Shown: piece after piece, positions 14,244-22,643 of the stretch | Layout of the letters: each line of letters opens with the position of its first letter | Numbering within the stretch: position 1 is the stretch's first letter | From: Gammaproteobacteria bacterium | GTDB taxonomy: Bacteria > Pseudomonadota > Gammaproteobacteria > HyVt-429 | Reading direction: 5' to 3' | Assembly: GCA_022340345.1 (NCBI GenBank) | Contig: JAJDOE010000033.1 | Span: 9,122 to 73,121 of the forward strand | DNA length: 64,000 nt | Notes under the pieces: model-generated | Database searches by the model: none | Seen by the model: only the letters and a program-made list of their open reading frames with translations | Told to the model about the DNA's origin: nothing | Made by a program: the position numbers and the translations under genes

Positions 14244-14312
14244 GGCAATGGACTCCAGCTATTGGTCAGTCGATGCCCGGCAAGCGGGCAGAAAATTCAG
14301 GTTCCAAAATAG

Positions 14313-14328
14313 TGCAGGATACGTGCCA
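14313..14328 (-). promoter_or_regulatory. sigma54 (-24/-12) promoter for glnA (glnAp2-like)
   Basis: Minus strand TGGCACgtatcCTGCA matches the TGGCAC-N5-TTGCA consensus; ~70 nt upstream of the glnA ATG. Confidence 0.55.
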
Positions 14329-14390
14329 GCCCGGCACGATACCCAAGCGGTTGATTTCCAGCGGTTTCCGGATTCGGGACCGGGGCCATT

Positions 14391-14437
14391 CGCACCACTA
14401 TAGTGCAACGAATGGAGATATGCACCAAAATAGTGCG
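14391..14437. promoter_or_regulatory. two NtrC-binding palindromes (enhancer) upstream of the glnA sigma54 promoter
   Basis: cGCACCActaTaGTGCAa (14391-14408) and TGCACCAaaaTaGTGCg (14421-14437) match the NtrC consensus TGCACCA-N3-TGGTGCA; a third half-site (aaaaTAGTGCA) overlaps the promoter. Confidence 0.55.
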
Positions 14438-14439
14438 TA

Positions 14440-15597
14440 CTAGTGGAAATAGACCTCCAGGTTTCCGAACACCGGGTCCTCCGCCACCGCCCCGCGGAAG
14501 GCTTCTCCCAGGCTCGCGCGTTGCGGCTCCGCGCAGGCGGCCAGCGGCAGGTACAGTTCGACGTGAACCCGTCCTCCCAGGTAGTGCAGGCGGACGCCGT
14601 CGATCTGCCCGATTTCCGGAAAGCCGGCGAGGCGTTGCCGGATGCGTTCGAGCATCTCGGAACGCAGCGGCAGGCCCAGGCTCGGCGGTTGTACTTCGTC
14701 GTCCTCCGGGTCGATGTGTACCGTGACATCGGTGAGCGCCGGCAACCCGGAAATCAGCGCATGGCGTACCGCCTCGCTGATATGGTGACCCTCGGAAACA
14801 CTGACGTCCTCCTTGACCAGCAGATGCAGGTCCGCCAGTGCCCGACCGCCGACGCTGCGGGTGCGCAGCTCGTGCAGCGACTTCACACCGTCCACCGAAA
14901 GAGTCACTTCGCGGATCTGCTCCAGGTCCGCGCTCTCCAGGCCCGTATCCACCAGCTCGCGAACCGCTTCCCAGGCCAGCTGGATGCCAATGCGGCCAAC
15001 CATGATGGCGACCCCCACGGCCGCCAGGGCGTCGAGCCAGGTTACGCCCAGCAGCGCGCCGCCCACACCCAGTAGCACGATAACCGAGGAGATTGCGTCG
15101 CTGCGGTGGTGCCAGGCATTGGCACGCAGCAGGCGCGAGTCGTATTGCTTGGCGACGCGCAGGGTATAGCGATACAGGCCTTCCTTGGAGAAGATCGCGG
15201 CAAAAATCGCAACCAGGGTCCACGCCGAGGGGACCGGGATGTTTGCGGGGTCGGAGAGTCGGATGCCGGCACGTGCCGCAATGCCCACGGCCACCGCCGT
15301 GAGCATCATTCCCAGGATTACGGTTACCACGGTTTCATAGCGCCCGTGGCCGTAGGGGTGCTCCTCGTCCGCGTCCTGGGCCCCGGCGTGCAGGCCCCAG
15401 AGCACCAGCACGTCGGTTACCAGGTCGGAAACGGTGTGGACACCGTCCGCCAGCAGGGCCTGGGAGCGACCCAACCAGCCCAGTAGCAACTGCAGCGAAG
15501 CCAGCGCGGTGTTGATCACCAGGCCGGTGAGGGTTATCCGGCGGCTGGCGCGCAACCGGGCGGACCCGCCCTGTTCCAGTTCGGCGACGAATTTCAC
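14440..15597 (-). CDS. cation diffusion facilitator (CDF) family divalent-metal efflux transporter
   Basis: Six-TM CDF core (TLTGLVINTALASLQLLLG..., HTVSDLVTDVL, HAGAQDADEEHPYGHGRYE) plus a C-terminal cytoplasmic domain. No ATG before the TM domain, so the likely start is the GTG at 15597 overlapping the TusA stop (GTGA). The ORF-track N-terminal 119 aa overlap the TusA gene in another frame and are rejected. Confidence 0.75.
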   Translation of the reverse strand: MKFVAELEQGGSARLRASRRITLTGLVINTALASLQLLLGWLGRSQALLADGVHTVSDLVTDVLVLWGLHAGAQDADEEHPYGHGRYETVVTVILGMMLTAVAVGIAARAGIRLSDPANIPVPSAWTLVAIFAAIFSKEGLYRYTLRVAKQYDSRLLRANAWHHRSDAISSVIVLLGVGGALLGVTWLDALAAVGVAIMVGRIGIQLAWEAVRELVDTGLESADLEQIREVTLSVDGVKSLHELRTRSVGGRALADLHLLVKEDVSVSEGHHISEAVRHALISGLPALTDVTVHIDPEDDEVQPPSLGLPLRSEMLERIRQRLAGFPEIGQIDGVRLHYLGGRVHVELYLPLAACAEPQRASLGEAFRGAVAEDPVFGNLEVYFH

Positions 15598-15836
15598 GGG
15601 TTCGGTCCCACCCGCAGGCAGACGCGGAACTCCCGTTCCGCAGCGTCCACCGGGCCAGCCTCCAGCACCAGGTGACCGTTGACCCGGCACCAGGCCGGGA
15701 TGTCGGCCAGCACGCCCGGGTCCGTGGCCAGCACTTCCAGCTCCTCCCCGGGCGCAAGCCGTGCAACCCGCTCCTGCGTGCGTATCACCGGCATCGGGCA
15801 AAGCAGATGCCGGGCGTCCAGTCGTTGACGGTTCAT
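15594..15836 (-). CDS. TusA-like sulfur carrier protein (SirA/YedF/YeeD family)
   Basis: 80 aa with the hallmark CPxP motif (LLCPMPV) and TusA fold spacing; start ATG overlaps the stop of the upstream PP-loop gene (ATGA). Confidence 0.8.
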   Translation of the reverse strand: MNRQRLDARHLLCPMPVIRTQERVARLAPGEELEVLATDPGVLADIPAWCRVNGHLVLEAGPVDAAEREFRVCLRVGPNP

Positions 15837-16876
15837 AGGTACCAGTAGGCAGGGATCTCTTCGGCAGGCAGGGGACGCACGGTACGCAACTGGCGTTCTC
15901 CTCCGGGGTGCACAATCTCCACCTCCACGGATTCTGCCTCGCGTCCCTGACCAAAGCGGGCGGTCAGCCGGGCCGCCAGCTCCAGATCCGCCGCCGCGGG
16001 CTCACCATCCAGCAGCGCCAGCGGGCCGGGATGGGAGGTCGCATTCAGGTGCACGAACTGGCGGCGGTAGCCCATAAGGAAATTGTTCTCGCCGTCGTCG
16101 CGGGCGACGATGAGCTTGAAGTGAGGCCGCGGCCGCAGGTGCCGGCCCACTTTGAGCAGCATGATGTCGTCGAATTCGTAGCTCCGCTCGCCGCGCATCT
16201 GCCAAAGGTCACCCAGCTTGCGGGCATAGTTTTCATCGGTCAGAAAGCAGCAACCGCCGGCGGGCTGGGCATAGTCCGCAAACCCGAACTCTGCCGCCAG
16301 CGCCATCTGGGGTTTGCGGCTGCGCCCGGAAAAATCGTGCAGCAGCTGCCGGTCCACCCAGCCCTCCCGTTCCGGCAGCGTCTCCGGCAGCAACCGGGCG
16401 CACAGCGGCCGCAGCAGGCGGTCTCCGGCCCCCGACTCGCGGGCGATGACGGGCATGGTGTCGCGACGCTGGGACTTGGGGCGCTGGCCAACCACCTCGC
16501 CGGTGACGATGAAGTCGAAATCGTGCTCGATCATCCACTCGTGGGCCTTGCCGACCATGAAGCCCTTGCAGTCCAGGCACGGGTTGAGATTGGAGCCGTA
16601 GCCATGTCGCGGCGCGGTGACAATGGCCTTGTACTCTTCGATGACTTCGACGATATGCAGGCGGATTCCGAGCTGCTCGGCCACCCACAGGGCATTGTTA
16701 CGTTTGGGTCGGCCACGGTCCTTGCTGCGGATGGCGTGGGTATGTCCCTCGACGCAAAAGCCCGTAAAAAAATTGATGCCTTCTACGTGAACGCCCTGTT
16801 GCTGTACGACTTTGGCGGCCAGCAGGGAGTCCAGACCGCCGGATATGAGGGCTACGGCTTTGGCTGGCTTGGTCAT
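15833..16876 (-). CDS. MnmA/ThiI-superfamily PP-loop ATP-pyrophosphatase (putative thiouridylase-like sulfurtransferase)
   Basis: PP-loop SGGLDS. N-terminal region aligns by eye with E. coli MnmA (KAVALISGGLDSLLAAKVVQQQGVHVEGINF vs [38 protein letters not shown] vs NPDILCNK; GGCCFLTDENYARKLG vs TGICFIGERKFREFLG). Also carries the ThiI-like TGEVVGQRPKSQ motif. Start taken as the ATG at 16876 (MTKPAKAV). Confidence 0.75.
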   Translation of the reverse strand: MTKPAKAVALISGGLDSLLAAKVVQQQGVHVEGINFFTGFCVEGHTHAIRSKDRGRPKRNNALWVAEQLGIRLHIVEVIEEYKAIVTAPRHGYGSNLNPCLDCKGFMVGKAHEWMIEHDFDFIVTGEVVGQRPKSQRRDTMPVIARESGAGDRLLRPLCARLLPETLPEREGWVDRQLLHDFSGRSRKPQMALAAEFGFADYAQPAGGCCFLTDENYARKLGDLWQMRGERSYEFDDIMLLKVGRHLRPRPHFKLIVARDDGENNFLMGYRRQFVHLNATSHPGPLALLDGEPAAADLELAARLTARFGQGREAESVEVEIVHPGGERQLRTVRPLPAEEIPAYWYL

Positions 16877-16917
16877 GGGGCATCGCGGGGTGGCCGGGCA
16901 GTCTAGCACCGGGAAAC

Positions 16918-16947
16918 AGAAAAAAGGGGCCCGGCATGCAGGGCCCC
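16918..16947 (-). terminator. intrinsic-terminator-like hairpin in the 5' leader of the PP-loop/TusA/CDF operon (attenuator, riboswitch expression platform or sRNA 3' end)
   Basis: Minus strand GGGGCCCtgcatgccGGGCCCC followed by TTTTTTTCTGTTT; lies about 40 nt upstream of the PP-loop gene start, and no minus-strand gene lies upstream of it. Confidence 0.45.
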
Positions 16948-17156
16948 GGACTTTGCTCGCCCGGCCTCTGAACGGGCCGGCTCCTCCTTGTGTGATTCGG
17001 GCCGGGTGTTAGCCGACCGGGACACGATAGCCAAAAGGCTTGCGGCTGTCCATTCGCGGAACGCGCGGCGATTGCCCGGCGAGCACCGCCCGGCCGCGCA
17101 TCTGCCCTTCGCTTGCGGCATAATCGGCGCCCCGACGACGCCCCCAGCCGCACCAC

Positions 17157-18032
17157 GTGACCTTCCAGGAACTCATTCTCTCCCTGCAAACCTTCTGGGC
17201 ACGCCGTGGCTGCGTGTTGCTGCAGCCGCTGGATATGGAGGTCGGCGCCGGCACCTTCCACCCGGCCACCTTTCTCGGCGCCATCGGTCCGGAACCTTCC
17301 CGCTGCGCCTACGTGCAGCCGTCCCGCCGTCCCACCGACGGGCGATACGGCGAGAATCCCAACCGACTGCAGCACTACTACCAGTACCAGGTCATCCTGA
17401 AGCCGTCACCGCTGGATATCCAGGAACAATATCTGAAGTCCCTGGTGCACCTGGGTATCGACCCGGCGATCCACGACATCCGCTTTGTCGAGGACGACTG
17501 GGAATCGCCCACGTTGGGCGCCTGGGGACTGGGCTGGGAAGTCTGGCTCAACGGTATGGAGGTGACCCAGTTCACCTATTTCCAGCAGGTGGGCGGCCTC
17601 GACTGTCGCCCGGTCACCGGAGAAATCACCTACGGCCTGGAACGCATCGCCATGTACCTGCAGGGCGTTGATAGTGTTTTTGACCTGGTGTGGACGCCAG
17701 GCGTGAGCTATGGCGACGTGTACCACCAGAACGAAGTGGAACAGTCCGCGTACAATTTTGAATATGCCAACGTGGACGAATTGTTGCGCCTGTTCGATGC
17801 CAGCGAGACGGAGAGCCAGGCGCTGATCGAAAAAAAGCTGCCGCTGCCCGCCTACGAAAAGGTGCTGCGGGCCTCGCATACTTTCAACCTGCTGGATGCG
17901 CGAAACGCCATCAGTGTTACCGAGCGGGCGCGCTACATCGGGCGGGTCCGGGGCCTGTCCCGTGCGGTGGCGGAAAGTTACTTCGCCAGTCGCGAGGCGC
18001 TTGGCTTCCCGCGGTGCAAAACGGGCCGATGA
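17157..18032 (+). CDS. glyQ: glycine--tRNA ligase alpha subunit
   Basis: [35 protein letters not shown]... is essentially invariant GlyQ sequence; GTG start. Confidence 0.95.
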   Translation: MTFQELILSLQTFWARRGCVLLQPLDMEVGAGTFHPATFLGAIGPEPSRCAYVQPSRRPTDGRYGENPNRLQHYYQYQVILKPSPLDIQEQYLKSLVHLGIDPAIHDIRFVEDDWESPTLGAWGLGWEVWLNGMEVTQFTYFQQVGGLDCRPVTGEITYGLERIAMYLQGVDSVFDLVWTPGVSYGDVYHQNEVEQSAYNFEYANVDELLRLFDASETESQALIEKKLPLPAYEKVLRASHTFNLLDARNAISVTERARYIGRVRGLSRAVAESYFASREALGFPRCKTGR

Positions 18033-20116
18033 GCGCGATCAGCAAAACTGCCCCCTTGCTGGTGGAACTCGGCACGGAGGAGTTGCCCCCGCGGGCCCTG
18101 CGTAACCTGAGCGAGGCATTTGCCGAAAACCTGCGCCAGGGATTGGTGGAGGCGCGACTGGCGGAGCCCGATGTCCCGGCGCAGGCCTTCGCCTCCCCGC
18201 GCCGGCTGGCGGTCAAGCTGGCGGCAGTGGCTAGGCGTCAGACGGATCAGGAAGTCACCCGGCGCGGGCCGGCGGTGGCCGCCGCCTTCGACGCCGATGG
18301 CGAACCCACTCCGGCGGCCCGCGGTTTTGCCGGTTCCTGTGGCGTGGCGGTGGAAAAACTACAGCGGCTCAAGACCGACCGCGGGGAGTGGCTGGTCCAC
18401 GCGCAGAAAGAAAAGGGCCGCAGCGCCCGGGACCTGCTGCCGGAAATTCTTGAGCAGGCCACCCGTCGCCTGCCGATCCCAAAGCGCATGCGCTGGGCGG
18501 ACCTGGACGCAGAGTTCGTGCGCCCGGTGCACTGGCTGGTGGTGTTGCACGGCGAGCAGGTGGTGCCCGCGCAGCTGCTGTCGGTGAAGTCCGGACGCCG
18601 CACCCGCGGCCACCGTTTCCATTGCTCCGGCCCCATCCGCCTGCGTTCCCCGGCGGACTACCCTGGCTTGCTCAAAAAACCGGGGTACGTGATCGCTGAT
18701 TTCGCCGTACGCCGGGAGCTGGTCCGCACCCAGGTGGAGAAAATTGCCGGCAAGTTGGGCGGCAAGGCGGTGATCGACCCGGACCTGCTGGAGGAAGTCA
18801 GCAGCCTGGTGGAATGGCCGCAGGCCATCGGCGGCGATTTCGACCCCGAGTTCCTGAAACTTCCCGACGAGGCGCTGATCAGCGCCATGCAGGATCACCA
18901 GCGGTATTTCCCGGTGGCGGATGCCCGCGGCCGGCTGCTGCCGCATTTTATAACCGTCGCCAACCTGCGCAGTCGGCGCCCGTCACTGGTCCGGGAGGGC
19001 AACCAGCGGGTGTTGCGGGCACGATTCACCGATGCCGCCTTCTTCTGGAACACAGACCGCTCGCGGCCACTGGCGTCGCGGCTGGACTCCCTGGGCGGCA
19101 TGGTGTTCCACGCGCGCCTCGGGTCCCTGCTGGACAAGACCCAACGGGTTCGCGAGCTGGCCGGCTGGATCGGCGCGCAGCTGAATGGCGACCGCTCCCA
19201 GTGCGAGCGGGCAGCGGAACTGGCGAAGACCGACCTGACCACCTTGATGGTGGGCGAGTTCCCCGAACTGCAGGGCACCATGGGGAAATACTACGCCCGC
19301 CACGACCGCGAGCCGGCAGACGTGGCGGCGGCCATGGCCGAGCAGTACCTGCCCCGGCAGGCCGGGGACGCATTGCCGCGGCGGGTGCCGGGGCAGGCAC
19401 TGGCGCTTGCCGACCGGCTGGATTCGCTGGTCGGCCTGTTCGGTGCCGGAGAGGCGCCCAGTGGTGACAAGGATCCGTATGCCTTGCGCCGGGCTGCCCT
19501 CGGGGTCCTGCGGATCCTGATCGAACGAAAGCTGGATCTGGATCTGACCGACCTTCTGCAACGCGCCCGGGACGGCTACGGCCAGGGTCCCGGCGCCGGG
19601 GCCGACGTGGGCGCGATCTTTGATTTCTGCCTCGACCGCCTCCGCCGCTACTACCAGCAACGCAACGTGCCTGCGGATGTTATCGACGCGGTACGCGACT
19701 GCCGCCCGACCCGGCCACTGGACTTTGACCAGCGGGTGCGGGGCGTGGACACGTTCCGGCGCCTGCCGGAAGCGGAAAGCCTGGCCGCCGCCAACAAGCG
19801 GATTCGAAACATCCTGCGCCAGGCCGGTGATAGCCCGTTCCAGGCCCCCGGCGACACGGAGCCGGAACCTGCCGAGGCCGCCCTCGCGACGGCGCTGGTA
19901 TCCGCGATCGGCGAGGCGCGGCCGCGAATTTCCGCCCGCGATTACACCGCCGCCCTCAAGGGCATGGCCAGCCTGCGGAATCCGGTAGATCGGTTTTTCG
20001 AAGAGGTCATGGTGATGGACGAGGACCCGGGGAAGCGCGCGGCGCGGCTCGACCTCCTGAAACGCCTTTCGGACCTGTTCCTGGAAGTGGCGGATATTTC
20101 CCGTCTGCAGGGATGA
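18029..20116 (+). CDS. glyS: glycine--tRNA ligase beta subunit
   Basis: [24 protein letters not shown]...; ATG overlaps the glyQ stop (ATGA); ~695 aa. Confidence 0.95.
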   Translation: MSAISKTAPLLVELGTEELPPRALRNLSEAFAENLRQGLVEARLAEPDVPAQAFASPRRLAVKLAAVARRQTDQEVTRRGPAVAAAFDADGEPTPAARGFAGSCGVAVEKLQRLKTDRGEWLVHAQKEKGRSARDLLPEILEQATRRLPIPKRMRWADLDAEFVRPVHWLVVLHGEQVVPAQLLSVKSGRRTRGHRFHCSGPIRLRSPADYPGLLKKPGYVIADFAVRRELVRTQVEKIAGKLGGKAVIDPDLLEEVSSLVEWPQAIGGDFDPEFLKLPDEALISAMQDHQRYFPVADARGRLLPHFITVANLRSRRPSLVREGNQRVLRARFTDAAFFWNTDRSRPLASRLDSLGGMVFHARLGSLLDKTQRVRELAGWIGAQLNGDRSQCERAAELAKTDLTTLMVGEFPELQGTMGKYYARHDREPADVAAAMAEQYLPRQAGDALPRRVPGQALALADRLDSLVGLFGAGEAPSGDKDPYALRRAALGVLRILIERKLDLDLTDLLQRARDGYGQGPGAGADVGAIFDFCLDRLRRYYQQRNVPADVIDAVRDCRPTRPLDFDQRVRGVDTFRRLPEAESLAAANKRIRNILRQAGDSPFQAPGDTEPEPAEAALATALVSAIGEARPRISARDYTAALKGMASLRNPVDRFFEEVMVMDEDPGKRAARLDLLKRLSDLFLEVADISRLQG

Positions 20117-20138
20117 TTGCCGGGCGCGATCCCGGCCG

Positions 20139-20516
20139 GTGCGGAAAGCGCATATCATTGACCGCATGAGCGCTTCCGGCCGGGAACCGGATTCCTTCGC
20201 CGCCATGCTGGCGCGGGTGCAGGAATTTCACGACAAGCACCGCTTCCGGGAGACCGGCGGCGAGGATCTCGCCTATCGTGTCGCGCTGATGACCGAAGAG
20301 CTGGGGGAAATCTCCGCCTGCGTGACCAAGGGCAAGGGCACCGGGGAGCTGGCGGAGGAGTGCGCGGACCTGTTTATTCTGCTGCTGGGCACTGCCATTG
20401 CGGCCGACTTCGACCTGGAGACCGCGTTCTGGAACAAGATGGAGCGCCTGATGCAGCGCCAGGCGCGAATGGTGGACGGCCGCATCCGGGTATCCGAGTT
20501 TCGCGAGACCGACTGA
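20139..20516 (+). CDS. MazG-like nucleotide pyrophosphohydrolase domain protein (small)
   Basis: ~115-125 aa with EExGE-type helices (RVALMTEELGEISACV...LAEECADLFILLLGTA) typical of the MazG/NTP-PPase all-alpha fold; exact start uncertain (20139 or 20169). Confidence 0.5.
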   Translation: MRKAHIIDRMSASGREPDSFAAMLARVQEFHDKHRFRETGGEDLAYRVALMTEELGEISACVTKGKGTGELAEECADLFILLLGTAIAADFDLETAFWNKMERLMQRQARMVDGRIRVSEFRETD

Positions 20517-20573
20517 CGCAATGCGTTCGCGGGAAATTTTCAGCATGACAACCCAGTGGCAACCAGCAGAAAA

Positions 20574-21176
20574 ATGAAACTGGTCATCCTCGATCGCGAC
20601 GGGGTCATCAACCAGGACTCCGATGACTTCATCAAGAGTCCCGAGGAATGGATTCCGATCGAAGGCAGCCTGGAGGCCATCGCCCGACTGTGTCGTGCCG
20701 ACTACAAGGTTGTGGTGATCACCAACCAGTCCGGTATTGCCCGCGGACTGCTGGAGCCCGACATGCTGATCAAGATCCACAATCGCATGCTGGAACAGGT
20801 GCACCGCAAAGGCGGACGGATCGAGGCGATCTTCTTCTGCCCCCACGGACCCAAGGCCCGCTGCAAATGCCGAAAGCCACGGCCAGGCATGTTGCTGGAT
20901 GCCGCCGAGCGGCTGATGATCCAGTTGGCGGGGGTGCCCGTGATCGGCGACTCCCTGCGCGACGTGCAGGCGGCACGCGCGGCGGGAGCGTTTCCGGTTC
21001 TGGTGCGCACCGGAAAGGGCGCCGGAGTGGCGCGGGAGATTTCGGATCCCGAGTCACGGGAACGACTGGCCGAGGTGCCGGTGTTCGACGACCTGGGTGG
21101 AGCCACCGATGCCCTGTTGGGTGGACGCCTCGATCGCCAGATGCGCCGGGCGCTGCGTACGAGCTCTTCCGGCTGA
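20574..21176 (+). CDS. gmhB: D-glycero-beta-D-manno-heptose-1,7-bisphosphate 7-phosphatase (HAD, histidinol-phosphatase-like)
   Basis: MKLVILDRDGVIN (HAD motif I), ITNQSGIARG, and the CxHxxxxCxCRKP Zn-binding insert typical of GmhB; follows glyQS as in Pseudomonas. Confidence 0.85.
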   Translation: MKLVILDRDGVINQDSDDFIKSPEEWIPIEGSLEAIARLCRADYKVVVITNQSGIARGLLEPDMLIKIHNRMLEQVHRKGGRIEAIFFCPHGPKARCKCRKPRPGMLLDAAERLMIQLAGVPVIGDSLRDVQAARAAGAFPVLVRTGKGAGVAREISDPESRERLAEVPVFDDLGGATDALLGGRLDRQMRRALRTSSSG

Positions 21177-21198
21177 AGCGACTTCCGCTGCCTGCCGT

Positions 21199-21858
21199 TC
21201 ATCTGGCAGGAACTTCCCGTTGTGCCACGTAGTGGCCGTACTGACGCAAACGCACGGCGCGCGCCGCGGCACGATGCGCATCGTCCCCGGCGAGCCAGTC
21301 CAGCAATTCCCGCAGGATGTCCGCCGACAGTCCCCACACCACGTGATCTCCGATGTGGTAACGGCGTTCCGTGAAACGCATGCCGTAGCGCCGTCGTTGC
21401 CGGCGGCTCTGGTTGGCCGGGTCGCCAAGCCGGGCCAGGGAGGTGGTCAGAACCTGTTCCACTTCGCCCGGGTCCGGGTTCAGTCGCGGTTCGGAATCCA
21501 GCCAGCCCACCCAGGGAACGACGTGGAAGCCGGCTACGCTCCAGGCATCATCCAGGCGGCCCAGCAGTTCCACCGCGGACGCTTCAATGCCCAACTCTTC
21601 GTGGGTTTCACGCAGCGCCGCGGCGGGTGTGTCCTCTCCGGGCATCAGGCCGCCGCCGGGAAAGGCAATCTGGCCGCGGTGGTGGGTCAGGTGATCCGCT
21701 CGGCGCGTAAGCGCGATGCAGATGTCCTCGTCCTGGCGCCACAGGGGAAGCAATACCGCCGCGCGCCGGAAGCCGGCGTGCAGGGATGGTTCCAGCAGGC
21801 CAGGCGGGCGACTCGCCAACTCCCGGAGGCGTGCGCAGATGGCCGCGGTGGTGGTCAT
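21199..21858 (-). CDS. nudL: NUDIX hydrolase, CoA pyrophosphatase-like
   Basis: Nudix box GGGLMPGEDTPAAALRETHEELGI preceded by the LTRRADHLTHHRGQIAFPGG segment characteristic of the CoA-pyrophosphatase subfamily. Confidence 0.75.
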   Translation of the reverse strand: MTTTAAICARLRELASRPPGLLEPSLHAGFRRAAVLLPLWRQDEDICIALTRRADHLTHHRGQIAFPGGGLMPGEDTPAAALRETHEELGIEASAVELLGRLDDAWSVAGFHVVPWVGWLDSEPRLNPDPGEVEQVLTTSLARLGDPANQSRRQRRRYGMRFTERRYHIGDHVVWGLSADILRELLDWLAGDDAHRAAARAVRLRQYGHYVAQREVPAR

Positions 21859-22643
21859 TGCGGAGCCGGGGTCTCACTCAGCCGGGCATAGGCGGATACC
21901 GCCAGGACCCCGGCACGCAAGCCCGGATCCACCCCGGCGGACGCGAATCCGGCGGCGTCCACCAGACCCTTCAGGCTGTTGCGCAGCGCCTTGCGGCGCT
22001 GGCCGAAGGCAGCGCGCACGATGTGCGCGAAGCGTTGCGGTGCGGCCGCGTCCAGCGCCGCGGAATGGGGTTGCAGGCGAAACACCGCGGAGTCCACTTT
22101 GGGTGCCGGGCGAAAAGCCCCCGGCCGGACACGGAACAACGCGGTCGGCGCGCAGCGCGCCTGCAGCATGACGCTGAGGCGCCCGTAATCCGAACTTCCG
22201 GGGGCGGCGCAAATCCGGTCCACGACTTCCTTCTGCAGCATGAAGCACATGTCGCGGATGCAATGGAGTTGTTCCAGCAGGTGGAACAGCAGCGGGCTGG
22301 AGATATTGTAGGGCAGGTTGCCGACCACCCGCAGGGTTTCGCCGGCGCGTTCCGCCAGCGCGCAAAAATCAAACTGCAGTGCGTCGCCTACCTGAACCCG
22401 CAGCCGCGGATTTCCCGCGGCCAGCCCGGCGAGGCCCGCGGCGAGGTCCCGGTCGATCTCGATCGCGTCCAGCCGTGCGCCGCTCTCCAGCAGGCGGCGG
22501 CTCAGGGCTCCCTCGCCGGGACCGATTTCCACCAGGTGGTCGCCGGGTGCGGCGGCCACCGCCGCCGCGATCCGCCCCAGCACTCCCGCGTCGTGCAAGA
22601 AGTGCTGGCCGAATCGCTTACGCGGGTGCGCCGTCGCCGTCAC
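21855..22643 (-). CDS. rsmA: 16S rRNA (adenine1518/1519-N6)-dimethyltransferase
   Basis: RKRFGQHFLHD...LVEIGPGEGALS...NLPYNISSPLL motifs of KsgA/RsmA; 4-nt overlap with the downstream NUDIX gene. Confidence 0.92.
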   Translation of the reverse strand: MTATAHPRKRFGQHFLHDAGVLGRIAAAVAAAPGDHLVEIGPGEGALSRRLLESGARLDAIEIDRDLAAGLAGLAAGNPRLRVQVGDALQFDFCALAERAGETLRVVGNLPYNISSPLLFHLLEQLHCIRDMCFMLQKEVVDRICAAPGSSDYGRLSVMLQARCAPTALFRVRPGAFRPAPKVDSAVFRLQPHSAALDAAAPQRFAHIVRAAFGQRRKALRNSLKGLVDAAGFASAGVDPGLRAGVLAVSAYARLSETPAPQ

